Assembly: GCA_001643675.2 (NCBI GenBank)
Contig: LSRY02000025.1
Span: 1,054,001-1,118,000, forward strand
From: Monocercomonoides exilis PA203
Lineage: Eukaryota; Protista; Preaxostyla
Reading direction: 5' to 3'
Length of the DNA: 64,000 bases
The position numbers and the translations under genes are program-made. This document shows positions 1 to 19,888 of this stretch, in pieces; within the stretch, counting starts at the first letter, position 1, and every line of letters starts with the position of its first letter. Under the pieces are notes generated by a model. That model did not search any database. It was given only the letters and a program-made list of their open reading frames with translations, and was not told the DNA's origin.

Positions 1-664
1 TAGACAATTTGCGAGTTACAAGAATTCCGTATATCAGATATAACAAGGAAATAATGAAATTCCATGAAACAAAATAATACAGCTCTGTCTCTTGTAAATT
101 TATAAAAGCCACTGGATTGCTATCTCGAGTAACACAATTACAAATTATAAGTAGCAAAGGAATTAATAGTCCAAATAAGACGATTCCAATTTTCAAAAGA
201 ACCAATGGATTAAATCCCCTTTGACGACGGTGAATTACAGTTGCCCATTGAATCACAATAATTAGAAAAATTGCATCAAAAAGATAATTACTTATTGCTA
301 ACAAAATTTTAGTTACAATCAACTCGGTGAATGGAGTTTCGCAAATTCCTGGCCAGCACGCTGCTGAAAGAGCACTTTATTAAGATAAATCAAATTTTCA
401 AGTGTCAAATCAACAAAAAGCACACCGCATAAATACTGGTAATGGAAGCAGAATATAAAACAACGATTTGAATGAAAAAGGAAAGGATTTTGTTCTGTAA
501 TAACGAAGTATAACTTGGCGAAAAAGTTCTTCTGCTGCAGATAAAAAAGCTGCTGCTTCGATGGCACTAAAAATATAAAACTCCATTATTCTCAAACTTA
601 ACAACAATTCATACAATTCTATCCAATGACCGTAGGTGCAAAATGAATGTTTGATTTCATTCAT
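1..664 (-). CDS. Multi-pass (7TM-like) membrane protein, THH1/TOM1/TOM3 (GPR137-like) type; 3' end runs off the window
   Basis: ATG at 664, probable introns 614-567 and 425-375 (GT..AG). The spliced frame is open to base 1: ...EELFRQ...FYILLPLPVFMRALSAACWPG...LLAISNYLFDAIFLIIVIQWATVI...YYFVSWNFIISLLYLIYGILVTRKLS. It has several hydrophobic helices and aligns by eye with the 51694-54974 protein. Family assignment is from motif recall. Confidence 0.7.
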
Positions 665-954
665 TTGTTTTATATTTTTTATAAAAACATTTAAAGGGGG
701 ATCACAAAATCTTCAATCTTTTATAAAACAAATAAAAATCATTTTAACAAATATTCACAAAAGCAAAATAGTTTATATTGAATATTGTTTTTTTTATAAC
801 AAATGATTTTTTTTTAATTTTGAGGAAAATATCTGATTTGTTTGTTCAAAGACGAAAGCACAAGAAATTTTAAAAAATATATTTTTCGAAAAAAAGAAAT
901 ATTTATTGTTCTTTTCGAAAAGATTTGCTCAATTGTTTTTCATTCAAAGTGAAA

Positions 955-1024
955 AAAAAATAAAAAATTAAAAAAATTAAAAATAAAATAAAAATAAAAA
1001 AAAAATAAAATAAAAATAAAAAAA
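955..1024. repeat. (AAAAT)n / A-rich simple repeat
   Basis: Directly visible tandem AAAAT units. Confidence 0.7.
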
Positions 1025-1981
1025 TTTTTTTCAGGTTTTTCCAATATTTTGAACATTGAAGATTTCTTGAAATCTATATTCGAGTGTGTGCTTTTATGAA
1101 AATATTGAAGGGGCAATGTTATCAAAAGAATTTAAAAATTCGTAATTGTTTTTGATTCTGATTTTCAGGGAAAACAAAGAATACGGTTTTTAATTTTTTG
1201 TTTGTTATTATGAGAAAGTCCTATTACTCTTTGAATTCCTGTGTTTGAAGCTATCAAAGTTATTAACAAAGAAAAGTTTCTTTTCTAACAGCTAATTGAA
1301 ATTTAAAACTCACATTTTGAGTCACAGTTAATTTACTCGATATTCTTATAATGCAATATTTCATTGAAGCCTTCATTGAACATATTTCAAAATTTCAAAA
1401 AATTGTTACACTAATTTTCAGAAAAATTAACTCTAACTGGAATTAGAATTTTCCTGAATAATGTTCGTTTAAGATTAACAATAAATATATAAAGTGTTTA
1501 TATTCGAATGATTCTTTTTTATTTCATATTATTTTATCATAATTTTCAAGCAAAAAATTTGTCACAAAAAAATTTGATATTTATCAAATGTTTTGGTTTG
1601 AAATAAAGAAGTTCTTTTCTGTATTTATGTTATTCCATGTGTTTGAAAATCAATGATTTGAAAACATATAACACTTCTTTGAAAAGGATTTTGCAAATTT
1701 CTGTAAACCAGAAAGTTATTCATTCACCGAAAAAATGAATGAAAATGAAAATAATCACTTTTATGGGTGAATATTTTTGAAATCATATATATTCGTCTAA
1801 AAATTAAGGTTTGAATATTTGTTATGAATATTCATAAATGAACCCTGAAAAGTTATAGATCATTTTTGTTAAGCCTCAACTATTTTAACATGTCAAACTT
1901 TGGCTCTTGAAACGATTATTATGCATTCAACATTCGGCTGATAATTATTTAACTAATGAAGAAAAACCTTTATATAATCAA

Positions 1982-2152
1982 CGCACCGAAAAAAGTTATG
2001 ATTTTAATAAAAATCACCAACATGATCACATTTTTTGTTATAATTCATTGTTTTTCTATGATAAATCGAATTATTGACATATTCTTCTTGTCTTTTGATT
2101 TTTCAAAATGAAGTGGGTGATTATTTTCAAAATCATAACTTTTTTCGGGGAG
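1982..2152. mobile_element. Small degenerate MITE-like inverted-repeat element, possibly TTAA-targeting
   Basis: Left arm CGCACCGAAAAAAGTTATGATTTT matches the right-arm reverse complement CTCCCCGAAAAAAGTTATGATTTT (~40 bp imperfect). Flanks are TCAA and TTAA. A related decayed motif lies at ~1722-1790. Confidence 0.4.
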
Positions 2153-2559
2153 TTAATTTTTCATAGATTGTTTGTCAATGTGAAGAGATTTTGTATTCAT
2201 ATGCCTAATTCATCACACATATTTCAAAGCAAATGTTTATGCTGAAGCGAAGATGAAGATGTCCTAAACAAGCCCAATGACTTTCGTTTGTGAATTTGTT
2301 AATTTTCAATTAATATTATCGAACCGAAACTTTTAATTGAAGAAATGTACTTTCAATAATAATCTCCCAAGTCAAAAAATCAAAATTATGAGTATTTTTG
2401 GAAAAAATTGTTGGAAATGTTGAAAAATGCATTTTTGTGAATAATTTTCTTTATAAAAAAATTAACACATGATTAAAAATTAAGATTTATTTTTATTTTA
2501 TTTTATAGTATTGTATTGTATTTTATTTTATTTATATTTTATTCTATTTTATTTATTTA

Positions 2560-2664
2560 TTAATTTATTTATTTTTGTGAAAAGCTTCGTCATATATAAT
2601 CGCAATCGGATATAATCGCAAATAATCGTGCAAAAACTGATGTTAAATCATCAAAAATGGACTG
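2560..2664 (-). mobile_element. Degenerate inverted fragment of the 3109-3562 MITE family
   Basis: 2570-2664 matches the reverse complement of 3109-3200 (TATAATCGCAATCGGATAT...GTGCAAAA..GATG) and ends in GACTG followed by TA. Confidence 0.55.
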
Positions 2665-3108
2665 TATATGAAATTAAATAATGCAACAATTAAGTTTTAT
2701 ATATTTTGAAATCACTAACACATATAAAATGTTTATTATGCATGATACGATAATAAAGCAATTTTATTCTTTTTTTTTCCCAAGGATTCATTGATTTTCA
2801 ACTGAAATTTTCAAAATAATTTACTATTGAATATTGCATTATCTTTTGATCGCTTCTTCTTTTTCAAAATAGATTTGAGTCTCGAATTTTCGAACAAATT
2901 AACAAAAATAGTTATCATTCTCAGCATATGATTGAATATCATCAAAACTTTGTCATTCCAAAAAAATGATTTCGTTATTATAATCTATTAAAAGACAATT
3001 CAACTCAAAACTTCTCATTAATATTCCAAAAAAAATTCATTAATCCCAATAACAATCTTTTCTTCCTTTGAATGAAGTGCTCAGACAACAACACATTTTT
3101 TTGAAATA

Positions 3109-3562
3109 CAGTCTAAACCGGATATAATCACATCGACTTTTGCACAACTTTTTGTGACAATATCCGATTGTGATTATACATGATGATGATTTTCACAGAG
3201 AAAAATGAAAATTAATTGAACAATCAATTATTTAAGGTTCCATTTAAACATTTTTCATAATTCTTATCTTATGCACTTTTTTCTTTTGCGAAAATAATTT
3301 TTATCATTTAAACACATTATTTGATCTCATTTGAGCACATTTTTGAAAAAGCGAAAAATTGAAATTTTTGATCAAAGAATCGATTTTTCATTGAAAAAAT
3401 CACCCATTTTAATGAAAAAAAATTGTGATTATATATTTACAGCTCTGTGACAATATGCGATGGAAAATGAATGAAAAACTAGCAAAAAATGTCGGTGCAT
3501 GGAATAATGTGACTGTAAACGAATGTGATTATATTCGACGTGATTATATCCGGTTAAGACTG
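3109..3562. mobile_element. pogo/Tc1-mariner-type MITE (454 bp) with TA target duplication
   Basis: TA|CAGTCTAAACCGGATATAATCACATCGA ... TCGACGTGATTATATCCGGTTAAGACTG|TA. Internal repeats of a TATAATCAC motif; no coding capacity. Confidence 0.8.
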
Positions 3563-3614
3563 TAAATCCATTTTCTAACACAAAAGGCACTCTGAACTTG
3601 TTGCTTTGAGAATA

Positions 3615-4009
3615 CAAATATCGAATAAAATACGGACATCGCACAAAATACAGGACAAGATCGATTTCACGATAACTGCAGGAAGAATAATTCTGACAAT
3701 TTTCCTCAAAATACATCTCATCAACATATACTCATTTTATATCCAAATCTTTCAAAGCAGCTTCGTTTGTGCTCAGAAATAATAAATGATTGAAATCTCG
3801 GAGAAACTCAAAATCCTATTACTCCTTGATTTCAAAAATTATTTTTTTAATATTCTGTCGATATGAAAATGAGAGTTTGATATGACAAATAAGTTAGCAT
3901 TGCAAAGAAAATTTTAGAGGAAAATTGTCAGAATAATTCCTCCTGCAGTTATCGTGAAATCTATCTCGTCCGGTATTTTGTGCGATGTCCGTATTTTATG
4001 CGATAACTG
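3615..4009. mobile_element. Second pogo/Tc1-mariner-type MITE (395 bp) with ~95-bp TIRs and TA flanks
   Basis: 3615-3712 is a close inverted repeat of 3910-4009 (ATAAAATACGGACATCGCACAAAATAC...ATTTCACGATAACTGCAGGA...TTCTGACAATTTTCCTC). TA at 3613-14 and 4010-11. Confidence 0.85.
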
Positions 4010-4379
4010 TAATTTTGGAATTCGAGATTGTCAGGTTTTATTTTATCAGTATTTTGATCATGAGAGAAAAAACAAATTATCTTCACTTGAATTTTCGTGA
4101 TGAATTTTCGAATTGATGGAAAAAATGAAAATTGAATGCATTTAATTATGTTTTTCTTTCAGATAACTATTATAGGTATAAAAAGTTTTCATCTTTCTTT
4201 CAAATTTACACAATCTCCCTCTTTTTTTGAAATCGTTTGTTATCGAACAATCGAAGCCACTTTTGCTATTTTACAGAGAATAAAGCAAATTAAGGGTAGA
4301 GAAAAATATTATTGTTGCTGTTTCAACTGTATAAAGAAATTATAAAAAAAAATACGATTTCTGGAATTAATCAAAAATC

Positions 4380-7300
4380 ATGAGCAAAACAAAATACAAC
4401 AGAAAGACAAACCTGATTCAAGAATATCCAGAAGATGAATCAAATTGTTTTTTGAATGTGATACTTGGGTTTTTTTGGCCTATTGCATTTCGAAAACCAT
4501 CAATTCTACGAAAACAGAGATTTTTAGCCTCAAAATCCGAAAAAAGCAATTCATCATGCAAAAGATTTACAGATATTTGGAAGCGTAGAATGAATAACTT
4601 TCAAGAAAAGCGAACACGTTTTTATTTGAAGCACGGTGAAAGCGGCACTTCTTTAAAAAGAAAAGCTCCATCGCCTCCAAATGTATTTTGGATCGTATTT
4701 CTGATTGATCCTTTGAAAACTTTGATTGCATTGATATTATCATTTTTGGGATCTGCCACCTGGTTATTTCCAGCATACACTGCAAAATTTCTTCTTGCCG
4801 CATTGGAAAAGAAAAAGGAAGATACATCAACTCCATTTCCAATCGGGGCATTTTTATTTTTCTCATTATCACCACTCGTTCGTGGATTGTTAGAAACAAA
4901 TTGTTTAAGATATTTAACTCACATATCTGCTTCATTCAGAGGTGCTCTATCAAGCGCAGTTTACGAAAAACTTCTAAAAATGAATGTGGAAGATTTTAGA
5001 GACATCGATGAAAAGGAATTAATAAATCTTATCTCTAGCCATCCAAGAGTTGTAACGGAGTTTTTACCAGACATAGGAAAGGAATTATTTTTGCCTATTG
5101 TATTTATTGCTGCTGTAGCTTTAACATTTGTGGAGTTAGGAACTACGGCCGTTTGGGCAGTGCTGTTAATTGCGTTTCTTGTTCCAATTGAAGTTTTGGT
5201 ATCAATGACGCTTTCTCGGTTTGATAAAAAGGGAATAGCAAAAACTGATGAACGTAACGGGGCATTTTCTGAGGTACTTCAAAACATGCGCTCAATCAAA
5301 TGCTCGGGACTCGAAGAAGTTTTCCAATCAAAACTTATCAGCCTGAGAAAAACGCAGCTTTCCTTCGATTACTGGGTGATGCTTTCAAACGTTATGATAC
5401 TTGGAATCTATCATGTGCTTCCTCTTCTGGTAAATGCAGGGACAGTGGTATTTTACGTGCTTCTATCAGCCGAAGAAGGTGCAGATCTGTCAACAACGCT
5501 TTTCACTATGCTGGGGCTGGTTGGCGCTGCAGTGGATTCGTGGGCTGGCATCATCGGCCGCATCCCCAGAATCATCTCGGTGCTCAATCGAGCAGCAAGA
5601 CTATCAAAGTTCCTGGCTTTACCAGAGCGCAACGATAAAAGGAACCAAAGAAGTTTAGATGTCTGGAATGAAAGCACAGAGGAAGGTAGAGCAGGAGATT
5701 GCGAAGATGGTTCAATAATGCTGCAAATAAAGAACAGTTGCTTTCAATGGACAAACGGAAGAGATACTGATCATCCTGTTAATTCTGCTGATGGTAATAC
5801 AAAAGAGCAAATTGACGAGGCTTTGGCACAATCGCCTCCTCCTCTCCTTTCTTCTTCGGCTTCTTCAAATGAAGCAGCAAGTTCATCAACAGAAGTCATG
5901 CCACAAAGTGACGCCTCAGACAGAAAGCCTTCTTCGACGACTTCATTCAAATTGGTTGTTCCATCAGTAGTTATAAAGCCATCTACTCTGACATTAGTCG
6001 TTGGGCGGGTCAGTTCTGGGAAAACATCGTTTCTGCATGCAATTCTGGGCACAATGCCACAAAAGCCAGACTCTTCCCTGGGGAAAAGTAAGATTGCAAT
6101 CAAAGATTCAAACATCGCCTTTGGAAGTCAGAATCCGTTTGTGATGGCTGGGACAATCAGAGACAACATCACTTTTGGCAAGAGTGAAGAAGATTCTTTC
6201 TCCGAAGAAAACACACAGCATTCGACAGCATCAGCCTCATCATCAGCCTCATCATCAGCATATTCTGGCTCATCCACAGTGCCTTCTCTTTCATTGTCCG
6301 ATGCTGTGCGGATGAGCTGTTTGGAAGCTGACCTGAGCATGTTTAAGCGGCAGCTGGATGAGCCAGTGGGAGAGCGTGGATGCACCCTTTCTGGCGGGCA
6401 GAAGATGCGCCTGCAACTGGCGCGTGTGCTCTTCAGCGGGGCGCCTCTGCTTCTGCTGGACGATCCACTGGCTGCACTCGATGCAAACATCGCACGGCAG
6501 GTGATGGAAGATGGCATCTGCAGCGCAGTGAACACATACGGGCGCACTGTTGTGGCGTCGATGAGCAACCATGTGCCCTTTGCTGACCTTGCAGACCAGA
6601 TCGTGTTTGTGAACAAAGGAGTGGTGGAGGATGTAGGCACGAATGCAGAGCTGCTGGAGAGGAACGAGGAGTACAGGGCGATGATTGAGGAGAAGATGAA
6701 GGAGATGAAAGACATCAAGGCACACCACAAGCGACTCAAAATGAGCACAATGAAAGCGGTGGATAAGAATAAGTTTATTTTGAAAATAGACGACTTGGCA
6801 GAGCCATCTGTGACTACGCAATCGAAGGAGATTGCTTCTGTTGCTGAGTCAAAGCCTTTCTCTCTTTTAGGAAAGCAGATAGAGATAGACGAGCCATTCG
6901 TACCAGAAGCGAATGAAGAAGCGCCATTTGTCTCTTCTTCTTCTCCATCGCCTGGCTCTTCGTCTCCTCAAGCAGCAAGCCTTTCCCCCGTTTCGATCTC
7001 ATCTTTGCCCTCCCCGTTGCTTACGCCCAGCGATCTCATGTCGCCTTCTCCATCCAACCTCCCCTCGCCTGCTCTTGTTCCTTCTCCCAGTCTCAGTCCT
7101 TTTGCAGATGCCTCATCTTCGTATTCTTCTTCTTCTTCCTCTTCCTCTTCCTCATCTTCCTCTTCCTCCTCTTCCATTCATTCCTCTGAAGATGCAACAG
7201 AGACAGAAGTTACCCTCAAAACATACAAAAGGTATCTCTCATCGTATCCCTCTTCCTTCCATGTAGTTCTGATTGTTGTCTCCTGGTTTGTGTGCGAGTT

Positions 7301-9248
7301 CACATCTGCTGTCTCTTCGTGGTGGCTGAATGTTGTTGCTGACCCAGCAGTCTTTGCTCCTTTGAAGACGTCTCTTCGTGCGTGGATTCTGCTTATCCAG
7401 GTGGTGTTTCTGTTCATCCTGATTGCTCTCAGCAACTTCTTCTTTGCCTACAGCGCGAAGCACAGCATCGGCAGCCTGCACAACCGCTTTGTTGGGCATG
7501 TCCTGCACTCGACGATGGCCTTCTTCGACACGACTCCAGTTGGGCGGATCCTGAACAGGTACAGCAACGACCTCACGACACTCGATGTGCAGATGACAGA
7601 AGCGCTGATGAATGCTGTGTGCCTCATTTGTGCGTGTGTGCTGCAGATTGCTCTGATCGCTATGCAGACGGTGTGGATGATCCCTGTGGCTGTTGTGGTG
7701 CTGCTGCTGCTGTGGGGAATCTGCTTCATCTACACCCGCTCTGCTCGCATCCTCCAAGACAAGGAGACCATCGGAGCATCGCCTGTGACAGCACTCCTCA
7801 CAGAAACAGTGGCTGGCTCAGGAGTCACCACAATACAGACGATGGGGCGAGAAGAGCACTTCAAGCAGAGATTTTACGAGGCATGCGACGATTGGGTGGC
7901 AGGCTTTTCGATGCGGAGGATGGGGCAGAACTGGCTGGAGCTGGTGTCTTCGCTTCTGGCGACGCTTGTGCAGCTGTGCTCTGCAGCGTTTGGGTGGCTC
8001 TTCATGACGCCTGCACAGGCTGGTGTGGTGACGCGGGCATGCTACGTGTTCTTCATGCTGTCACAGCAGGCAGCGCTGGCGGCAGCACAGGTTGAGTGCA
8101 GAATGGTGAACATGCAGCGTGTGGCGGAGTATTCATACGACTTGCCACAGGAGAAAGAGGTGTTTGCATCAGAAAAGGAATCAAAAAGTGAAAGTGGAGT
8201 TGCAAGTGCAAGTACAAGTGAAAAAGAAAGTGAAAGAGAGACTAATGAAACATTGATACAAGACAAGAAATGGCCGACTGAAGGCTCAATTGTCTTTGAC
8301 AACGTTTCGTTCCGCTATCGGCCTGACCTTCCGCTTGTGCTGAAGAATCTGTCGTTGTCGATAAAAGCAGGTGAAAAGATTGGCGTTTGTGGCAGAACAG
8401 GTGCTGGAAAATCGAGTCTTCTGTATGTGCTGCTCCGACTGGGCGAGTTGGAGAAAGAGAAAGAAGAAGATGGCAAGGAAGGAGAAAAGGGGAAGAGAAG
8501 TAGATCGATGGAAATGGTTGATATGACATCTGACGAGAAACGTTTGATTGAGGATCCATCTCCTTCTCTTCTGTTGAATTCGACTGATTCTCTGAGCGCT
8601 TCTGTTTCGTCAATGTCCGATCCACAAACTGCATCTGAAATTGCCTCGCCTGCGATTTATGAAGGCGCAAGCACTTCTTCCACACCGTATCCCGGGCGCA
8701 TTTTGATCGACGGGATGGACATCAGCCGTGTGCCTTTGAAGCAGCTGCGGCGGAACATAGCAGTCGTTGCACAGAACCAGCCGCTGTATTCAGACACGAT
8801 CAGATTCAATGTGGATCCGTCGGGAACGCACACGACAGAGGACATTGTGGCTGCTGTGCGGTCGGTAGGGCTGGGGGAGTGGCTGTCGTCGCTGGACAAC
8901 CAGCTGGAGACGAAGCTGGAGACGAGTGCGTCGCAGCTGTCGCAGGGGCAGAAGCAGCTGCTGTGCATGGCACGCACGCTGCTGCTGGCTGCCCCTGTCA
9001 CCATCTTCGACGAGGCGACGTCTTCGATGGACTCTCAGAGCAGCACGCTGATCACAGAGGCAGTGGAGAAGCACCTGAAGCACAGCACCATCATCGCTGT
9101 GGCACACAGACTGGAGACGATATTGCACTATGACCGTGTTGTTGTGCTGGATTCTGGGCAGATTGCTGAAATTGGCAATCCACAGGAGCTTTTGAAGGAT
9201 CCTTTCTCGCAGTTTTCGATGCTTGTTAAATCGACACACGTGGACTAA
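4380..9248 (+). CDS. ABCC/MRP-family full ABC transporter (TMD-NBD-TMD-NBD)
   Basis: Intronless 1622-aa ORF. NBD1 GRVSSGKTS / LSGGQ / LLLLDDP. TMD2 FFDTTPVGRILNRYSND. NBD2 GRTGAGKSS / LSQGQ / IFDEATSS / AHRL. Confidence 0.95.
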   Translation: MSKTKYNRKTNLIQEYPEDESNCFLNVILGFFWPIAFRKPSILRKQRFLASKSEKSNSSCKRFTDIWKRRMNNFQEKRTRFYLKHGESGTSLKRKAPSPPNVFWIVFLIDPLKTLIALILSFLGSATWLFPAYTAKFLLAALEKKKEDTSTPFPIGAFLFFSLSPLVRGLLETNCLRYLTHISASFRGALSSAVYEKLLKMNVEDFRDIDEKELINLISSHPRVVTEFLPDIGKELFLPIVFIAAVALTFVELGTTAVWAVLLIAFLVPIEVLVSMTLSRFDKKGIAKTDERNGAFSEVLQNMRSIKCSGLEEVFQSKLISLRKTQLSFDYWVMLSNVMILGIYHVLPLLVNAGTVVFYVLLSAEEGADLSTTLFTMLGLVGAAVDSWAGIIGRIPRIISVLNRAARLSKFLALPERNDKRNQRSLDVWNESTEEGRAGDCEDGSIMLQIKNSCFQWTNGRDTDHPVNSADGNTKEQIDEALAQSPPPLLSSSASSNEAASSSTEVMPQSDASDRKPSSTTSFKLVVPSVVIKPSTLTLVVGRVSSGKTSFLHAILGTMPQKPDSSLGKSKIAIKDSNIAFGSQNPFVMAGTIRDNITFGKSEEDSFSEENTQHSTASASSSASSSAYSGSSTVPSLSLSDAVRMSCLEADLSMFKRQLDEPVGERGCTLSGGQKMRLQLARVLFSGAPLLLLDDPLAALDANIARQVMEDGICSAVNTYGRTVVASMSNHVPFADLADQIVFVNKGVVEDVGTNAELLERNEEYRAMIEEKMKEMKDIKAHHKRLKMSTMKAVDKNKFILKIDDLAEPSVTTQSKEIASVAESKPFSLLGKQIEIDEPFVPEANEEAPFVSSSSPSPGSSSPQAASLSPVSISSLPSPLLTPSDLMSPSPSNLPSPALVPSPSLSPFADASSSYSSSSSSSSSSSSSSSSSIHSSEDATETEVTLKTYKRYLSSYPSSFHVVLIVVSWFVCEFTSAVSSWWLNVVADPAVFAPLKTSLRAWILLIQVVFLFILIALSNFFFAYSAKHSIGSLHNRFVGHVLHSTMAFFDTTPVGRILNRYSNDLTTLDVQMTEALMNAVCLICACVLQIALIAMQTVWMIPVAVVVLLLLWGICFIYTRSARILQDKETIGASPVTALLTETVAGSGVTTIQTMGREEHFKQRFYEACDDWVAGFSMRRMGQNWLELVSSLLATLVQLCSAAFGWLFMTPAQAGVVTRACYVFFMLSQQAALAAAQVECRMVNMQRVAEYSYDLPQEKEVFASEKESKSESGVASASTSEKESERETNETLIQDKKWPTEGSIVFDNVSFRYRPDLPLVLKNLSLSIKAGEKIGVCGRTGAGKSSLLYVLLRLGELEKEKEEDGKEGEKGKRSRSMEMVDMTSDEKRLIEDPSPSLLLNSTDSLSASVSSMSDPQTASEIASPAIYEGASTSSTPYPGRILIDGMDISRVPLKQLRRNIAVVAQNQPLYSDTIRFNVDPSGTHTTEDIVAAVRSVGLGEWLSSLDNQLETKLETSASQLSQGQKQLLCMARTLLLAAPVTIFDEATSSMDSQSSTLITEAVEKHLKHSTIIAVAHRLETILHYDRVVVLDSGQIAEIGNPQELLKDPFSQFSMLVKSTHVD

Positions 9249-9778
9249 CATCAATCGAATTTAGTCAGTTTTTATTTTCATAATTATTTTTATTTTTTTC
9301 ATTTTTATTTATTTTTTCATTTTAATTTTCATTGTTTTTTTGATCTTTATTGTTTTTTTAACAACACTTAATTTTTGTTGTTATGTTTCTTTTTATCTTT
9401 ATATAGTCTTATCATAAATATTTCATTTGTTATTCATTTTTTTGAGTAAAAATTTTTTTTCAGCTTTTCGATTCAATTCTTTTACGAAAGATTTATGAAA
9501 TAAGTACTATGCGTTTTATTTTTAACAATTTGATGTTTTTGTAGTTATTAATACAGAGTTTTGGTCATCTACAATCTTCATTTGTAATTCAGAGTGCTTT
9601 ATCAATTTATTGTTTAATATTTGATAAATCTTAATTTTTTGAATTATATATAGAGTCAGTATTTGTTTGCGACAAATCACAGAAGATTTTGTTCGTTCTT
9701 TATTCATAAACATGCTCATTAGAGAGAAATTAATCATCTTTGATCTTCTTGTCCCAAATCAAATTTCAGTCATCTTAA

Positions 9779-12319
<2,541 letters not shown>

Positions 12320-12425
12320 AGAATTTCATTAAAAACAACACTTCATATTCTTTTATTTTTGAAAATTTTGTAAATTATTTAATTATGAATAATGGTTTAA
12401 TTTCTGAAAAAAGTTTTCCGAAGCC

Positions 12426-18433
<6,008 letters not shown>

Positions 18434-19888
18434 AAATATTCAGTCTTTTGAGCTCAAATGCTGTTCTTAGTTTTATTGAATTCTTTTATTTTTTGTTTAA
18501 TTTAGCTGTTTTTTTTATGATATTATTTTGATTTCTCTCTTTAATTGGCTGCATGGTTAGCCCTTGTACAATCTGTAAAATTGATTATTATTTCCTTCTA
18601 TTTAATCTGCTTTTTTTTCTTATTTTGATAGAATAAACCTTGCACAGTTCTGATTAGTGGAAACGTGGGTTTTGTTAATGAACTTTGACATTTTTTCCTT
18701 TCCTCACTATAATTTCATTATGATTGTTAATATTTTTGTATTTTTCTGTTTCAACAAGCATTCATTGAGATTCACAGGAAAAGTCATTCTTTCTCACCTT
18801 TTTTTTAACTGCCAGAGTGGAAAAGTGAAAAAAAAAGCGAGATCAGAATGATTGAATAATCGAGACAATGAAATTGAAATTGAAATTAAATAAAAATAAA
18901 AATTAAGACAAAACAAAAGTAACAACAACAAAACATACAAACATGACCGCAATGATTAAATGAGTTCAGAAAAGAGATAAAAAAAGACCAAAATGCCAAA
19001 ATAGCAACAAAATGTTTTAAATGAAAATAGAATAAACGAAAAAGAAGAGAAAGAGAAAAGAAAAGAGAAAGAACAACTACTCACAATTGAATGGTGACAC
19101 AAAACATGTTCAGAAAACAAAGAAATGCAACACGAAGAAACCTATTTAATTTACTGGCATATGCAAAATCTACTAACACTCAACAAAAGCAATAGAATCC
19201 CAGCTTCACAATGACTGGGAGAAGGAAGGTGGAATCATGCTATGAATTGTTGAGTGTTATTGTAAAGCATGTCTCATCATCTTACAGATGGCATCACAAA
19301 AACAGGCAGAACTCTTAAGTTCCTTCAGAAAAGGGGCAGCAACACACAGAAAAATATAAAGACGGGTAACATTAGGATAATATATAATGAACATAAATAC
19401 AGACAATGTAGAATAACTTTGATTGCAATCTAAAAAGGAAGAAAAAAATTAAAACAATAAAAATAAAATAAAATAAAAACAAAGCGAATTTAATTCTTTG
19501 AAAGGAATACAATTCATAAAAATGTGTGACAATCAAACGAGCCATAAACAAAGCAGAGCCAGTCGCAAAAGCAGAAACGAAAGAACGACTGAAAAAACAT
19601 TACATTCAAACAAAAACTCACAAAATATAACACAGCAATCAAAACAAGCAAAATAATTGAAAAGCTTAAAGCTAAAAATGCTAATCAAGCAAGTTGGATT
19701 ATTCTTGTTGTAATTCTTATGTTGTTTTCGTCAATATGAGTTTCTATCTATCTATCTATCTATTTGTTAATCTGCTCTTTTTATCTATCTGTTTATTTAT
19801 TTATTTATTTATTTATTTATTAACCTATTTGTTAGTCAGCTTGCTTCTATAACCTTTTTCATTTCTTATAAATATTCAGAAAGTGCCA

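Noticed and set aside
1700-4010. Repeats as a CRISPR array or tRNA/structured RNA genes
   Set aside because: The repeats are inverted pairs with TSD-like flanks, not regularly spaced direct repeats. No cloverleaf or cas genes were seen, and the context is eukaryotic.
3429-4345. Short ORFs 3429-3716 and 4136-4345
   Set aside because: One spans MITE termini and the other lies in AT-rich upstream DNA; neither has coding features.
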